Assembly: GCA_028534125.1 (NCBI GenBank)
Contig: CM052832.1
Coordinates: forward strand, 24,926,001-24,990,000
Origin: Lama glama
Lineage: Eukaryota
Direction: 5' to 3'
Length of the DNA stretch: 64,000 nucleotides
The position numbers and the translations under genes were made by a program. This document shows positions 24,952 to 37,897 of the stretch, piece after piece (the first letter of the stretch is position 1; each line of letters begins with the position of its first letter). The notes beneath the pieces were generated by a model, which searched no databases, was not told the origin of the DNA, and worked only from the letters and a program-made list of their open reading frames with translations.

Positions 24952-25054
24952 AGGAAGTCTTTCAGTCATTCAACAAATATTTATTGAATGCCTACCTGAG
25001 CCACGCACCGTTCTATGTGATGGGCATTTACGGTTAAACATGATGACAAGACCC

Positions 25055-25250
25055 CCTTCCAAGAGCAAAGACTCTCAAACCGAACTGCTTTGCCACCGAT
25101 GAGCTGGGTGAACTTAAGGAAGTTTCTGTGCCTCCATTTCCTCATTTGAGAAGCACAAATAAATGTCACTATGAGGGTTAAATGAGTTAATATTCCTAAA
25201 ACACTTAGCATAATGCCAGACTCGTAGTAATTAACAGAATGCTTATTAAA
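25055..25250 (+). mobile_element. MIR SINE nested in L2
   Basis: 'tctgtgcctccatttcctcattt', 'tgagggttaaatgagttaata'. Confidence 0.7.
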
Positions 25251-25554
25251 TAAACGGGACTGTATTTAGCTAATCAAGATAGACAATAAACCAATAAACA
25301 AAGTCAGTGCCGTGATGAGCTACAAAGGGCAATGTGACAAAGTGTGATGGGGTCTCCTCTGGATAAGGTGCTGCTCAGAGAGGGATTCTCTAAAGAAGAG
25401 ACCATCCAGGGGAGACATGGATGATGAGAAAGAGCCAGAGGAAGAAGTGGGGCCAGAGCGCTACGGGTTGCGAAACAGGAGTGAGCTTGGTATGTTCTAG
25501 TAACAGAGAAAGCTAACTGTGGCTAGAGCACATGGAGCAGACGGGAGATGATGA

Positions 25555-25706
25555 CAGACAGAGGGAGATGGGGGAGGAGGGGGGCTATGGGGATGGAGGT
25601 GAGAGAGGAGATGGGAGATGGGGGAGGAGGTGGGAGAGGGAGATGGGGGAGGAGGTGGAAGATGGGAAAGACAAAGGGAGATGGAGAAGGTGAGGGAGGG
25701 GTTGGG
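25555..25706 (+). repeat. GA-rich low-complexity tract
   Basis: Three copies of GAGATGGGGG(G)AGGAGG and almost no C. Confidence 0.85.
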
Positions 25707-26169
25707 AAAAAGGTCAGAGACAGATAGAGATCAGGTTGTGTGCGGCTTTGTGTGTATGCGTGGCCAGGGTAAAGAGTGGCCAGAGTTTTTTCAGAGGGCA
25801 ATGAAAGGTTTTTGAGCAGGGAAGGAATAGAATTTGATGTCTGTTTTAAGTAAGTCACTTGACTGCCATGTGGCGAACAGACCATGGGATGCAGAAGTGG
25901 AAGCAGAGTCCAGCTGGGCAGCTGTTGCTCTCATCTGGGTGAGCGGTGCTGCTGGCTTGGACAGGGACGCATGCGGTGGAGGTGGAGAGAATAAAATAGA
26001 TTTGGGATATGTTTTGGCAGTGCAATGGGCAGGACGTGATGATACATAGGCTGTGAGGGGTGATTTTTAAAAAAGAAAAAAGAAAGAGTCTGTTGAAAAA
26101 CTGGAAGAGGAGGGTGGGGCAGCCTGTGGGTGGGAGCACTGGGCACCCAGGAACCTTGGGCAAATGGTG

Positions 26170-26372
26170 AGAAATCCTAAGCTGCAGTCCCAGCTCTGCC
26201 TCTTCCTGTCATTGTGATTTTGAGCACAAGTTCAACTCCCATTCTCACTTCCTTGATCAACGACATGAGGATGTTCATATGATCGCCCCTCAGGGAGTTT
26301 GCAAGGATCAGATTAGACAATAAAAGTAAAAGGCTTTGAAACCCATAAGCCACCATATAAGTGTTGGGTATC
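26170..26372 (+). mobile_element. MIR SINE
   Basis: 'agtcccagctctgcctcttcctgtcattgtgattttgagcacaagtt'. Confidence 0.65.
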
Positions 26373-26779
26373 ACTGTCGGCTCTTCTGGGACCCAACATC
26401 TCAGGGTGTTTGATAGAATTCTACTAAAACATTAAACGATATATTTTAAAAGACTTGGCCAATCAGCATACTTCCCTTTAATGCCTTGAATACCCACATT
26501 TATCATCACTTCCGTCTCCTCATTATAACCCAGTGGCGCCGGCAACGTTCTGATCATGAACCCAATGGCTGTATTCTGGATCTAATGCACTCTGACACTG
26601 TTGAAAGGAATTTTGTTTTAGATTTTTAAGCGGGAGAAAACTCACAACGCCGAGATGTCACTTCCAAGGGTAGTGAGCTAGTCAGAAAGAACTCTGAAGT
26701 GGGGAAAAATCAATTCTTTCTGGCTTTCATGGAGTAATAGTCCATAACTGACAATAAGCTAAGAGCCTCCTTACAGTTC

Positions 26780-27207
26780 AGCAGAGAAGCCAGACCCCTG
26801 AATTTCATTATGCGCAACAATGGTATCTTTGTCCAAATCTATTTTTTCATTGTAGCACAATTTATTATATTAAAAGAATATAAATGATCTAAAAGTACAA
26901 GAAGAGAAGCTTGGTTAGTTAAATTATGGTATCTACCTACAAGGAACTGCAGGTGCTTTACAAACGATTATACATATCGCATATATTAATATAGTGTCAC
27001 TAATAAACTATAAAGTAAAAAAGCCAGGTTATAGGCTTTGCATATGACATATAGCCTCATTATGTTTTTAGAATATTTATTTATGCGTGTATTGTATCTA
27101 ACATGATTATTTTAAAGTTTTGGAATAATTTCAAATGGACAGAAACATTACCAGTATAATATAAAAACTTCTCCCCTGAGTCATTTGAGTGTAAATTGCT
27201 GATATGA
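26780..27207. mobile_element. Old L1M fragments: L1ME-like (+), then an L1MC4-like 3' end (-)
   Basis: 'ttggttagttaaattatggtat'; 'gagtcatttgagtgtaaattgctgatatga'. Confidence 0.55.
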
Positions 27208-27981
27208 GAGGGCTCCAGTGAACCTCTCTGAGAGCTCCTTTCATTCCTGGAATTGGAGAAACACGGGGTCTAGTGCTTGACGCCTGCCTAGGAGAGGAGG
27301 TGGCTGGCGGTAAGTGGCCTGCATTTCCAAACTGAGCCCGGGACGTCTGAGATCCTACAGGGCAGAGATGGACGCCACAGAAGGAAGCCAGGCTGGGTCA
27401 CCTGGAGAGGACCTCCTCCCAGGAGCGTGCCTGGACTGGCCAGGTGACCACCGGAGAGTGTGGACCGGCAGAAAGCAGGCACCGAGGGCAGCTCATCAGC
27501 CGCCAGTGGAGGAGGCAAAGATGAGAGGTTCCTGGCGAGAAAAACGCCTCCAAAAGAACCGCTCAGGCGCCAGCAGGAGGGAAATCGGGAGGGTGGATTC
27601 CGTGCCACCCAGGAGTCCAACATTGTACTGCAACCATAGGAGGCAAGTGGCCCGGAGGAGCCGAGGCTGTCCCGTGATGGGGAACGAGCAGGAGGGAGTG
27701 GAAGTGGAGCAGCTGACCCCGCCCCACCCCTTGTAACTCTAGGCATGTCGGGCTGGAACAGGAGATTGACTGTATGGGACTTTGCAGACACTGGACTTCT
27801 TCCCTGAATGTGACCAGTGCACTTTTTATGATTATGAAAAATGACTGGAAAAGTTCTAGGACCCACCCAAGATTGTATTCAGGAGCGGGGAGGAGCCAGT
27901 CCCGTTGGAAGAGGCAGAGGTGGAAAACAATAAAGCAATTTTCTGCTTGTGCTCTGCTGAGCTTATCCCGTAACCTTGACA
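27205..27981 (+). mobile_element. Putative solo LTR, family unassigned, CpG-rich
   Basis: Abrupt GC-rich segment of about 780 bp in AT-rich flanks; AATAAA at 27929, followed by 'gcaattttctgcttg...ccttgaCA'. Confidence 0.45.
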
Positions 27982-28065
27982 CATATAAAAGAAAATATTT
28001 AGTTTGTGCGTGAAACTTACTTCTAGATGTGAGAAAGAATTCTGTTCATTTTTAATGGACCACTA

Positions 28066-28145
28066 CTTTTTTCCAGCTTTATTGAGATATAAGGTGTAAT
28101 GTCATGCAAGTGTAAAGTGTACAGTGTGGTGATTTGATACTCATT
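28066..28145 (-). mobile_element. L1MA-type 3' terminal fragment
   Basis: 'ccagctttattgagatata...aaagtgtacagtgtggtgatttgatac'. Confidence 0.6.
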
Positions 28146-29442
28146 ACCTTTTTTTTTGCCTGATGTAAACTATTGATAAGTTACTAGTTTTCAAAAATCA
28201 ACTCCAGAACCATCTACTACATATCCCATTTAATTATTGTGTTTATGTGTTTTAAGAATCCTGCTAGCAAAATAACATTAATAATGCTTCTCTCATAAAA
28301 TACTTCAGGAAGAACATTTTAAGGGTTACACACGTGGTAATTCTCTAACACACTTTGTAGCCTGTACATAAACTCTGACACAACCTGCTATTTCAGGAGA
28401 CACTGAATTAAACTTGGAAAAAGAGGATATTACATTCTTTTTCTATAGCATTCCATTTTATGCTTGGACGACACCTGTCAACATCGAACTGGCAACAATA
28501 AATTGCCAAGGGCACTTATCTAAATATGATCTGAATTATTGAGATCTTAACTGCCAAATATCAGTTTTTAATCTGTAATTTTTAAAGTTACTGGTTCTTT
28601 CAAAAATTACACAAACTCCATTGTCCCCGCTGCTGTTTTATGATTTTATTTTATCCTTCTGGTTGTCCTAGAAACAGTACCAGGATTATTCGTTTTCAGA
28701 AAACGTTTTTTATTGCTTGCATGGCAAGTTCCTCCCGTTATTTTGGAAAATAAATGAGTTGAATGTTCTTTGAGAATAAAATACTTTCAAGCATATAGGG
28801 AAAAAAATTACGAGAAAATTATGAAACCTCAAGTTCGAAAAGAAAACCAGAGGTCTGTAAGTCAGCTAAGGTCTGTACCAACATGGGTTTCTGACATTCT
28901 CCTCTGTTAGACCATGTAGCTTGCAGAGCTGGTTTGCTTTCTGTAGCCAGTACTTAGCTACGGAGGCCACAAAGTCAACTCACTGGCACTTGTGTCTGGG
29001 AGGGCCACAGCGTACCTGGAGAGAGGTGATGTTTGGACAGACAAAGGTGACTGCTGGGAGGTGAAGGGTATCTCTCCTTGGTCTCGTAGTGGTCCAGCCC
29101 CTAGTACCGACAAGAGGACAGGCTCCAGTTTGTGACTCACTGTTTTCAGAGGACAATGGCAAGGGAAATAGAACTCCTCCTGGGATGAGTACAAAAGAAA
29201 CATTTTCCCCAAGCACTTAGGGAGGAGAGCTCTGGGGGCTGTTGGGAGCAAGAGCCTCCCTGTAGAAGTTCTAATGAGCAGCTTCACAGGGCCGCTTCAC
29301 ATCATGTCCTTCCATGTGGGCAAACAGCAAAATCCAAAAGCCACGCAGTAAAAGCAGCCACTCAGGAAGCAGAGCACCAGCCTAGATACACAGCTCTCCA
29401 AAGGTCTCTCTTAATCCCAGAGGTAATTTCTAGAGTAATCTA

Positions 29443-31450
29443 GAGCAAAGTTCTTACCGGGGCATTTTGGACATTTATGCTGGAGTTATGGTTGGCCACA
29501 AGGTGAGGGTGGCTCCCAGCAGTTATCCTGGACATCCTGCAGTGGGCAGGAGGCAACAAAAAAACTGTCCCAGGTCCTCTGTGACTTTTTAAATATAATG
29601 TTGGATGTTTGTGTAGATGAAAAACTTGTTATGACATGTTCTCATAACTGGTGGGAAGGCAAAACGGCGAATCTTCTATGGAGGAAAATTTGACAATATC
29701 TAAAATTCTAAATGTTTAACCCTACTCTCAAGTTATACCTCCACAAATATGAAACAATATGTGCACAAGGTTCTTTATTGCAGCGTTAACTGTACTACTA
29801 CTACTAATAAAAAGATTGGAAACAATCAAAGTGCCTGTAAATAGGGAATTAGTTGAATCAGCTAAGGGACATCTATATGATAGTGTTGATACAACCGTAA
29901 AAAAGAATGAGGAAGAGTGACATGGAGTGTCAAAAGAAAAAGACTAAAATTAAATGCGAACAGAAACAAATGAACCTAACCATCACCATAACGTAAAGAT
30001 AATGCCAAAGAGAGTTATTTCCAATAACTTTTGAACACGATTCCCTGACAGTTCATTCTTAGGGGGATACACTGTAAGGACAAAATTAACGGTAAAGGAA
30101 TCTTAAACTTCAAAAGGTTTATTGTCAGTGGTACTATTGGTACTGTATTTTTAAAGTATTTTTATACATTGTAGAAGAAAGCAAATAAGTGAATAAAGTT
30201 ATTAGAAACCAAAATGTTAAGTCTAAGAAAAGAGATACAAATATTTAAAGAGGAAATCCCTGTAATGTTTCTTTTGGATTAGAAATAGCATAGGATCTCA
30301 ATTACAAAAAAAATACCTATCCAGCCCTGACTCTGTCCCCTGAAAGAGACACCCTCATAATAATGAGCACACCTAGTTCCCAGACTTTGGTTTTTGAATA
30401 CATCCCCCACTAAAAGAAATTAGCCTTGGAGAAATAGATAATTCCAATTCTAAGGAGGGAAAAGCATTCAAAGATGAATGACAGACATGTCAAGAAGCTA
30501 CAGGAGTCAGAATGTGGTGCAAGACAACTGGCTTGGATTCTTCCCCCAAAAAAGCAATGTCAGGGGGAAAAAGAAGGATGGAAGGATTGTTCTGGATTAA
30601 GAGAGACGAGTAAAACATAGTAAGCAAAAACAATAGATGAATCTTGACTGAATCCTGATTTTTAAAGATCACAATTATGAAAGTAATGGTTGGGCCAACT
30701 GGAGAATTTTGCACATGGACTAGATGTTAGGTGATGTTATGAAATTACTGTCAGTTTTCTTGGGCACGATAGCAGTATTGTGCCTATGTGAGGAAATGTT
30801 CTCATTCTTAGAAGCTGCATACTGAAGTAAAGTGTAGTATCTGCAAACACTTTCCAATGATTCTGGGAAAAAAAAAAAAAAAAAAGGTTGGATTTTGGTG
30901 GAGGGCGTATACCAGGATCCATTTTGCTATTCTTTCAACTCTTTTATATGTTTGAAATTTTTCATAACAAAAAGTTGGGGGGAAAGTTTCTAATATTTTT
31001 AGTGCAGTCCCTTACTCCATTTGCATATAAGCCCAAAATAATTTTTGGTGCCATTTTTAATCAGTAAATTTTCCAGGAATGCACCTTCTATATGCATCAA
31101 GAGAAGCTCTCAGCTTTTCTTGCAATTTAACCAAAAGTTATTCACCATATACAACACACCTCTGCCAACCTGCACGGATAGCTACCACAGGTGAAGCATC
31201 TGACTGCTGCCTTTTGCCTTCTAGAGTGGTTGTGCCAGCATTTAATACTTCTTGTTGAAATATACCATGTTGTATTATAACTTGATCTCCTCTGATGTCT
31301 TCTTTATATTCTAGTTAAAATAGCATAGTGACATTCTTAACAATTGTATGCATAGATAGCATATGTTTCATAAGAACTTCACTTTAGAATAGCAAAAGGA
31401 GTCAGTATGAAGCTTTGTTCTAAAAAGATGTTCTGATAGGGTGAGAATTG
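29443..31450 (+). mobile_element. MER20B-like hAT-Charlie element split by an L1
   Basis: Left part 'ggacatcctgcagtg...gtagatgaaaaacttgtt'; right part 'aaattttccaggaatgca...ttctgataggggtgagaa'. Confidence 0.7.
29640..30985 (+). mobile_element. L1MC4/5-like 3' region inserted in MER20B
   Basis: 'gggccaactggagaattttgcacatggactagatgttag', ends 'tgtttgaaattttcataacaaaaagttggggg'. Confidence 0.8.
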
Positions 31451-32054
31451 TCTGGCTGCAGGATGGCCAGAGTACACATCCTTCAGGACAAAGCACACAG
31501 GCATGATTTTTCTCAACTCAGCTTTTGGCAGAAATTGAATGGCAGCCCCATAAAAGGATGCCCACTGGGGAAACTGCCCAACAGTCAGCAGAGAAGCCAG
31601 ACCCCAATAGTGAACCTGGCCTCAGCATAAGCTAAAATCTTTACCCCACTCCTTGCATTTGTGTTTGAAAATAGAAAAGTTGCAAAGAGACAGATACGTA
31701 AGACTCCAGAAATTTTCATTTGAGGGTTGATTTTGATCTTTGTGAGAAGAAATTTCACTGAGATGCCTTTCTTCTTTTTTATAGCATTTCAAGAATTGTA
31801 TCACAGTGTGGATAGTAAGTACAGGAATTACCTTTTCCTGAACCAAAATTGGGATGTGGCTTGACAAAGAATCGTCTGTGATTTCAGAAGGTATTGTAAA
31901 GAAAGTTTTACAGTGGTACAAAAAATGAATCATATCTAGTTAGTTTAATGAGTATTCTTAACTGAAAAGAAAAAAATTGCCCTCCTGATCAGTCCGGAAA
32001 ATATGGGATATATGTCTATCTTAAAACATCGTACAAAAGATACAGAGGGAACTG

Positions 32055-32300
32055 ACATTCATTCATTCATCTGGCATTTATTAAATGCATTATATGTGTG
32101 AGGATAAAGACATTGAGAGACAGTATCCATCCTTAAGGAGGTTATAGTTTAATGGGAAAACAATAACATTCAGTTGACTGTTAAAATAGTTAACATGTGT
32201 GCTGTGTGATGTGCGTGTTGGCGTTGCGGGGAGGAAAGGGTAGGGGACATAGTTGTTAAGAACCAGGCATAGGAGAAGCCATTGTAGAAAGAGCTGCTTT
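32055..32300 (-). mobile_element. L2 3' fragment
   Basis: 'cattcattcattcatctggcatttattaaatgc'. Confidence 0.6.
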
Positions 32301-32549
32301 TGTGGAGAAATATAAAATCAAAACCCTCTGTGAAGCAAGGTCAACACAATAAGGAGAAGGTGAGAGAGATCATCTTATCTATAATACAATACCAGAGCTA
32401 GAGAGTTGCTCATGAAGAGGCAGAGAGTGCTGCAGAAGCGAATTCTGCTGGAAAGAAGTTGTCTACCGGAGAGTAACAGTATAAAGTCAGAGCATAGGTC
32501 TTATGCCTGAGGATTCTAAGAGGTGCAGAGGACGCCGGTTCTGTCTACT

Positions 32550-32960
32550 AATTTACTTTCTGCCCAGGAGCTGAACTTTCTTCCTATGCAGGGGATGCCA
32601 CCCCACCCCAGCCTTTGTATAGTCTTGGCAACCACATCTCCCACCCTTCTCCCCACTTACAGCAGTGAGGGTGTGGACACTTGACCTTGGGGCAGCTCTT
32701 CTGATGCTCCAGCCCCAGACTGTGGTTCTCAGCTGAGCACATAAAACGCAGGGGCAGAGTGAATTCCGCTTTCAGTGACAGTGTTCAGCCGTGACATTAG
32801 GTGCTGCACCAGCTGTGGTGTCCTAACCAGGCTGTTTCTATGGCATGACCTTGAAGCTGTTCAACTTCTGTTGGTCCTTGCGTCCTGAACTTGCTCTTTG
32901 CTTTCTAACCTTGTTCTTCAGTTTTCCCATCCATCTGAGCTTGTCTTGATATCCTTGCAA
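32550..32960 (+). mobile_element. Old MaLR/ERVL LTR remnant (subfamily uncertain)
   Basis: 'gggtgtggacacttgacc', 'ggtgtcctaaccaggctgtttctatggcatgaccttg'. Confidence 0.4.
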
Positions 32961-33489
32961 ACGGTGTGTGGAGATGAGTCATTTTTTAGACAGGAGGAGA
33001 ACAGGTGAAGATAAGCCAAGTAATTAATGAACAGAAAGCCCTTCTCAGCCTTCAAGATGGGCGTGATTGATGGGCCATTGTGGGAAGAAAGACATGAAGA
33101 AAGCGGTGAGAAGTAGAATCAATGCGAGACAATTTAAAAGACAAAACAGGTATGGAAAACCAGTGAAAAGCCTACAGAAAATATTGACAGAGGAATGTCG
33201 GGGGAGGGAAAACTACATGAACAACATGAGGCCAGTGTGCATAAAGAAAGCTAGTGAGAGGGGGGAATGGTAGAACACTTCCCCTAAAAAAAAAAAAAAA
33301 GAAAATATATCAACTAATGCAGAAAAGCTGTTAACAAAGCTCAATCTTGAATAAATCAGACCAGACCATCAAAAAAAGGTGGAAGACTTTTACTCAGATG
33401 TGTTCATAGAAAGGAATAAGGAAGAAGGAAATATAAAAGAGTTATTCAGTTAAACTCTGTTTATAGGTTTGCATTTAGAAAAAGTTATT

Positions 33490-34255
33490 CCACTATAAGT
33501 GGGATATGGGAATGCAGAAAAAAATGAGCAAAAATTATCCATCATCCTATTAAGCCTAACATAACCCTATTAGCATGTTGGCACGTGTCTTTTTTAAATA
33601 CATAGAATTTTTTGAATTGGTAGTCATTTTGTATCCTAATTTCCTATTTTCTATTATTATATAAACAAATTTCTCTGCTGGCTGAAAGGCTTAATTAATA
33701 TAAATTTTAATGGCTGCATAAGTCTACAAAGGCGATAACTTTGATTGCGTTGGTTTTAGATGGTATGTGTGTGCACACCATTTATCGTGTGGCTACTATG
33801 TAAATAGGGCTTTATATGCGTTTTCTTTAATCCTCAAACAATCCACACATCAAATACATGATCACTATCACAAGTTCAGAGTGCAGTCATCCACCCCACG
33901 TAGGCGATAAAGAAAGGTCTATATTCAAGTTTGCCCAGTTCCAAGTCAGTGCCTTTTTCATGGCTCCATGGCACCTCCCAGTTAGTTGCTGCCAATTTTT
34001 TTTTACCTCTGAATAATATTGTAATTAATATCTTCATGTTGACAGTTTTTCCTTGGTTTGGATTGATTCCTTAGTAGAGCTACCCAGAATCAGAATTACT
34101 GGGTCACAGAAATATTTTTGCATCTCAATGCATATTACCAAGTGGATTTCCAAAAGCTTGAATGTCCTTGATAGTGTTGTCAATGATGAGTAAGAGTGTT
34201 TCACTAGACTTCTGCCAGCGCTGATCGTTTTCTTAATTTAATAGTATAATTTTCT
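33490..34255 (-). mobile_element. L1ME-like fragments with a MIR piece (~33770-33970) between them
   Basis: 'ttttaatggctgcata', 'agaattactgggtca'; MIR-like 'tttaatcctcaaacaatcc'. Confidence 0.55.
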
Positions 34256-34394
34256 TAATTTTCTGGCAGAGGATTTTGATATAATTGAGTAAAGACAAAT
34301 GACAAATTACATAATGCAGAGATACTTGACTTTTTAGTTTAAAAATGATTTCAGTATGATAGCATGTCAAGAGGCCTAATGAGTCACCATTGCC

Positions 34395-34894
34395 NNNNNN
34401 NNNNNNNNNNNNNNNNNNNNNNNNNNNNNNNNNNNNNNNNNNNNNNNNNNNNNNNNNNNNNNNNNNNNNNNNNNNNNNNNNNNNNNNNNNNNNNNNNNNN
34501 NNNNNNNNNNNNNNNNNNNNNNNNNNNNNNNNNNNNNNNNNNNNNNNNNNNNNNNNNNNNNNNNNNNNNNNNNNNNNNNNNNNNNNNNNNNNNNNNNNNN
34601 NNNNNNNNNNNNNNNNNNNNNNNNNNNNNNNNNNNNNNNNNNNNNNNNNNNNNNNNNNNNNNNNNNNNNNNNNNNNNNNNNNNNNNNNNNNNNNNNNNNN
34701 NNNNNNNNNNNNNNNNNNNNNNNNNNNNNNNNNNNNNNNNNNNNNNNNNNNNNNNNNNNNNNNNNNNNNNNNNNNNNNNNNNNNNNNNNNNNNNNNNNNN
34801 NNNNNNNNNNNNNNNNNNNNNNNNNNNNNNNNNNNNNNNNNNNNNNNNNNNNNNNNNNNNNNNNNNNNNNNNNNNNNNNNNNNNNNNNNNNNNN
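34395..34894. other. Assembly gap (500 N)
   Basis: Run of N. Confidence 1.
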
Positions 34895-36077
34895 TGAGAA
34901 TTCTATACTAATGAACTTGAAAACTCCTATCTAAAATATATTTCAAAGCTTATCATTTTAAGAGAAAGGAAAAGAGTAGAATAGTGATGAATGAGTGTCC
35001 TGTTCAGAAAAGAGAGCAGATTCACGACCAAGTTCTTTTGAGTTAATCAATGTGCAAGACAATACTTAAGATGATTGCATTCTGAAGAAGGCTATTGTAA
35101 AGCCATATTTTTTTTCTGTAGGCATTTGGTACATTTCTCTATGATTTAAAAGAGATGATTAGTTCCATGCCCAATGCCCTCATTTGTCGTAAAAATTTCC
35201 TCATAATTAGAATATTCAGTTTTCATGTAAAATCGAAATATTTTTCTTCTAATCTTTCATTTGTCTTCATTCATATAAATACAGGGTTTAAATATACTGC
35301 TCTTCACATAGTGAATTTAAAACTAGAATTTTAGAAATCCTTTTTAAAATACTAAAAAGAAATAAATAAATAGAAATAGTTAAGCATTTCTCTTCCAGCT
35401 TTTACATTCATGACAATCCCACCTTATAAGAAGAGCAAATGAAATGTTTAGGTAAAACGTCCATGTGATAGGGCAACGGAGAAGAGCTGTTTGGAAGAGC
35501 ACAGTCATTTGAACTTGGCAGTGGGTCCTCTGACCCATCCCCGTGGGGAGCAGGCCCAGCAGACTCTGTGACAGCCCAGGGGACGTGGGAGCGAGTGCTG
35601 CAGAAGGTGCCCTACTCCCCGCTTTCTGCCCCAGGCGGTCTGCTCCTCAGCTCGGCCCACGCCTCCCCAGCAGGGAAGGAGTGAAGCCAGCCAGGTGCTG
35701 AGCAGCTCGTGAATGCCCCTTTAGCCCGACTGACTGTGAAGAAGGCGCTCAACCCCAGAGCCTTCTCCATTCTCTTCTCTTTCCTGGAGGTCAGGACCTG
35801 ATAGGAATTCCTGATGGTCCCTAATGAGCTGGGCCCTTTTGGAACCAGAAGCCTGTTGAGAAATATGAGAACCTTGGGGAAAAGCCAACAGTTCCTCAGA
35901 CCTTGCATTGAATTTTCTGATTCGTCTCTCATCTCAGCCCATATCACTGCCTCCATCTGGCTCTGTCCCTACCGTCTCACCAACAGTCAGCTCCTGCTTG
36001 GCTTTCCACAGAGCCCCATGGCCATGACCTACTTCACTTTCCCCTCTGCCTCTCCCTTCCCTCCCTCTCTCCCCTTT

Positions 36078-36312
36078 CACACAGGGACACACAAGCACAC
36101 AGCACACCACACATACATATGTACACATGCGTGCATACACATACGTAGAGGTACATGTGCACATGCACACACATACATAGAGTTGCATGCATATGCACAC
36201 ACATATATAGATACATACACATATCATATAGATACATGTATGTACTTATACACACAGATACATATACATGCATATAGACACATGCATACACACATGTGTG
36301 CATATGCATGCA
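36078..36312. repeat. Degenerate (CA/TA)n alternating purine-pyrimidine tract
   Basis: 'cacacatacatatgtacacatgcgtgcatacac...'. Confidence 0.9.
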
Positions 36313-37371
36313 CCAGTGTTTTGGGGAAAGGTTTTAGGTTGCCCATTCTCACTAATGAAAATAATTTGCTTTTAAATTATTTGGTTGTTTCCATTGTTAC
36401 CTTCCTGTTTCAACTCTCCTCTTTTGGAGTGTAAAATGCTTTTTTTTTTTTTTTCAAATATAAGTAAAATGTCCACAGGAGAGTAATTTGAGGAGCTGCT
36501 GAATGAGAACACATACATAGCAGAGGGATTCCCGGAATCCTTGCAACGCTCCCAAGCACCGCCCCCACCACCACCACCACGGTACAGGGTTGGGACCTCT
36601 GGTTATCGGCCAAGACCGTGTCACTCTGTCTCAGCTCTACACAGAGCCATGCAGGGCACAAGGAATCTCCAGATGCACAATGACTATATTGTGGTGGTGA
36701 TTTGATCAGCTGAGGGTGCCCAAGGCTAATTGCTTTATTAAATTACCAGCTCAGCTCCTAAGGGACCTTGGAGCTGATGTTTATCTGTATTGCTCTGATC
36801 ATTCTTTTTGTTCAATAACAGTTCCCTTAAAATAGCCTCCACAAATTGGGAGAGAGGGTCAGGTAATCATGTGGTGGTCACTGTGTAATCTTTACTTAGG
36901 GGACAAACCCATCTGTCACCCATCAGGCTCCCTGCTCTCACATTCCTGAAATACCCTCCTGCAGTCCAGCCTGGAACTCTGACCTGGACCCCACTCTTTC
37001 CAGCTGTGCTTTTGACCCTATGCCTCCATCTGGATGGCCCCCTCCCTTTTATGGCCATATCCAGCTCCCTAAACCCCAATCTGTGGGGTTCACGTCTTTG
37101 CTGCAAATGGGCTCGGTGCCCAGAAACTAACTTGACTAGCATCTGACTTCGAGTGTCACCAATGGCCTCAGTTGCTGGCCCCAAGCCAAACCCCATGAAT
37201 TAGGACTCTGGGATTGTGACAGCCTCTGGAATCTAGTCTGCCTTTGACACAAGCTTACGACACTGCTTTGCAGGAAAGAAAGTCCTGTAGGTAGTGGGTT
37301 AGTTTGTCCAGCCTCTTACTGCCCACATCTCCCCCCCAATGCCCAGATCTCCCCTGATTCCCAGCTCAATT

Positions 37372-37578
37372 GTAGGAAGTGACTCTGGAGTCAGAGACAC
37401 CCAGATTCCAATCCTAGCATTCGATACTTACCAGCAATGTCAGGCAAGTACTTAACCCCTTTTCACCTTACCTGCCTCATCTAAGAAATACAAATAACAG
37501 ACAAGTTTTGCAAGGTTGTCAGGAAGATTTAAAGAAACATACACAAGTATGGTATTTGGCACACAGAAGACCATCAAA
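37372..37578 (+). mobile_element. MIR SINE
   Basis: 'gactctggagtcagagacacccagattccaatcctagc'. Confidence 0.7.
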
Positions 37579-37611
37579 AAATTAAATTAAATTAAATTAA
37601 ATTAAATTAAA
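37579..37611. repeat. (AAATT)n microsatellite
   Basis: About six perfect AAATT units. Confidence 0.9.
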
Positions 37612-37897
37612 AAGTCACCGCTATTTTATCCAGTCCTCTCCTGGTTTTTCCCAGTTCTGGAGACTCTAGCCATATGTCCACTCACCTGCCAGATGCAAAA
37701 AAACTAGCAGCAACCACAGCATATTCCTGAAGGTCATTGCAAGACTGGTAAATTGTGGGTCAGTCTCCCAGACACACATGCCCCCAGACAAGCTCCGGCT
37801 TTAGACCTGCCTGCAGTCTATTCCTGTAATTTCTCAATTTGGACTTCTGCCTATCATGCATTCCCCCTGGTGTCTGCCTTTTGCAACAGGCTGCCAT

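Larger units (their letters stand above)
24960..26065 (-). mobile_element. L2 with a nested MIR and a purine-rich expansion
   Basis: L2 tail 'ttcagtcattcaacaaatatttattgaatgcctac'; later 'aaggttttgagcaggg', 'gatttgggatatgttttgg'. Confidence 0.75.

Noticed and set aside
25523..25885. Proline-rich ORF
   Set aside because: Reverse reading of the GA-rich low-complexity tract
27288..27982. Overlapping 140, 192 and 139-aa ORFs
   Set aside because: Explained by high GC content; no protein similarity recognised
34364..34911. Long ORFs made of X
   Set aside because: Artefacts of the N gap; the same applies at 62091-62718
35814..36434. 206-aa His/Thr/Tyr-rich ORF
   Set aside because: Product of the (CA/TA)n tract
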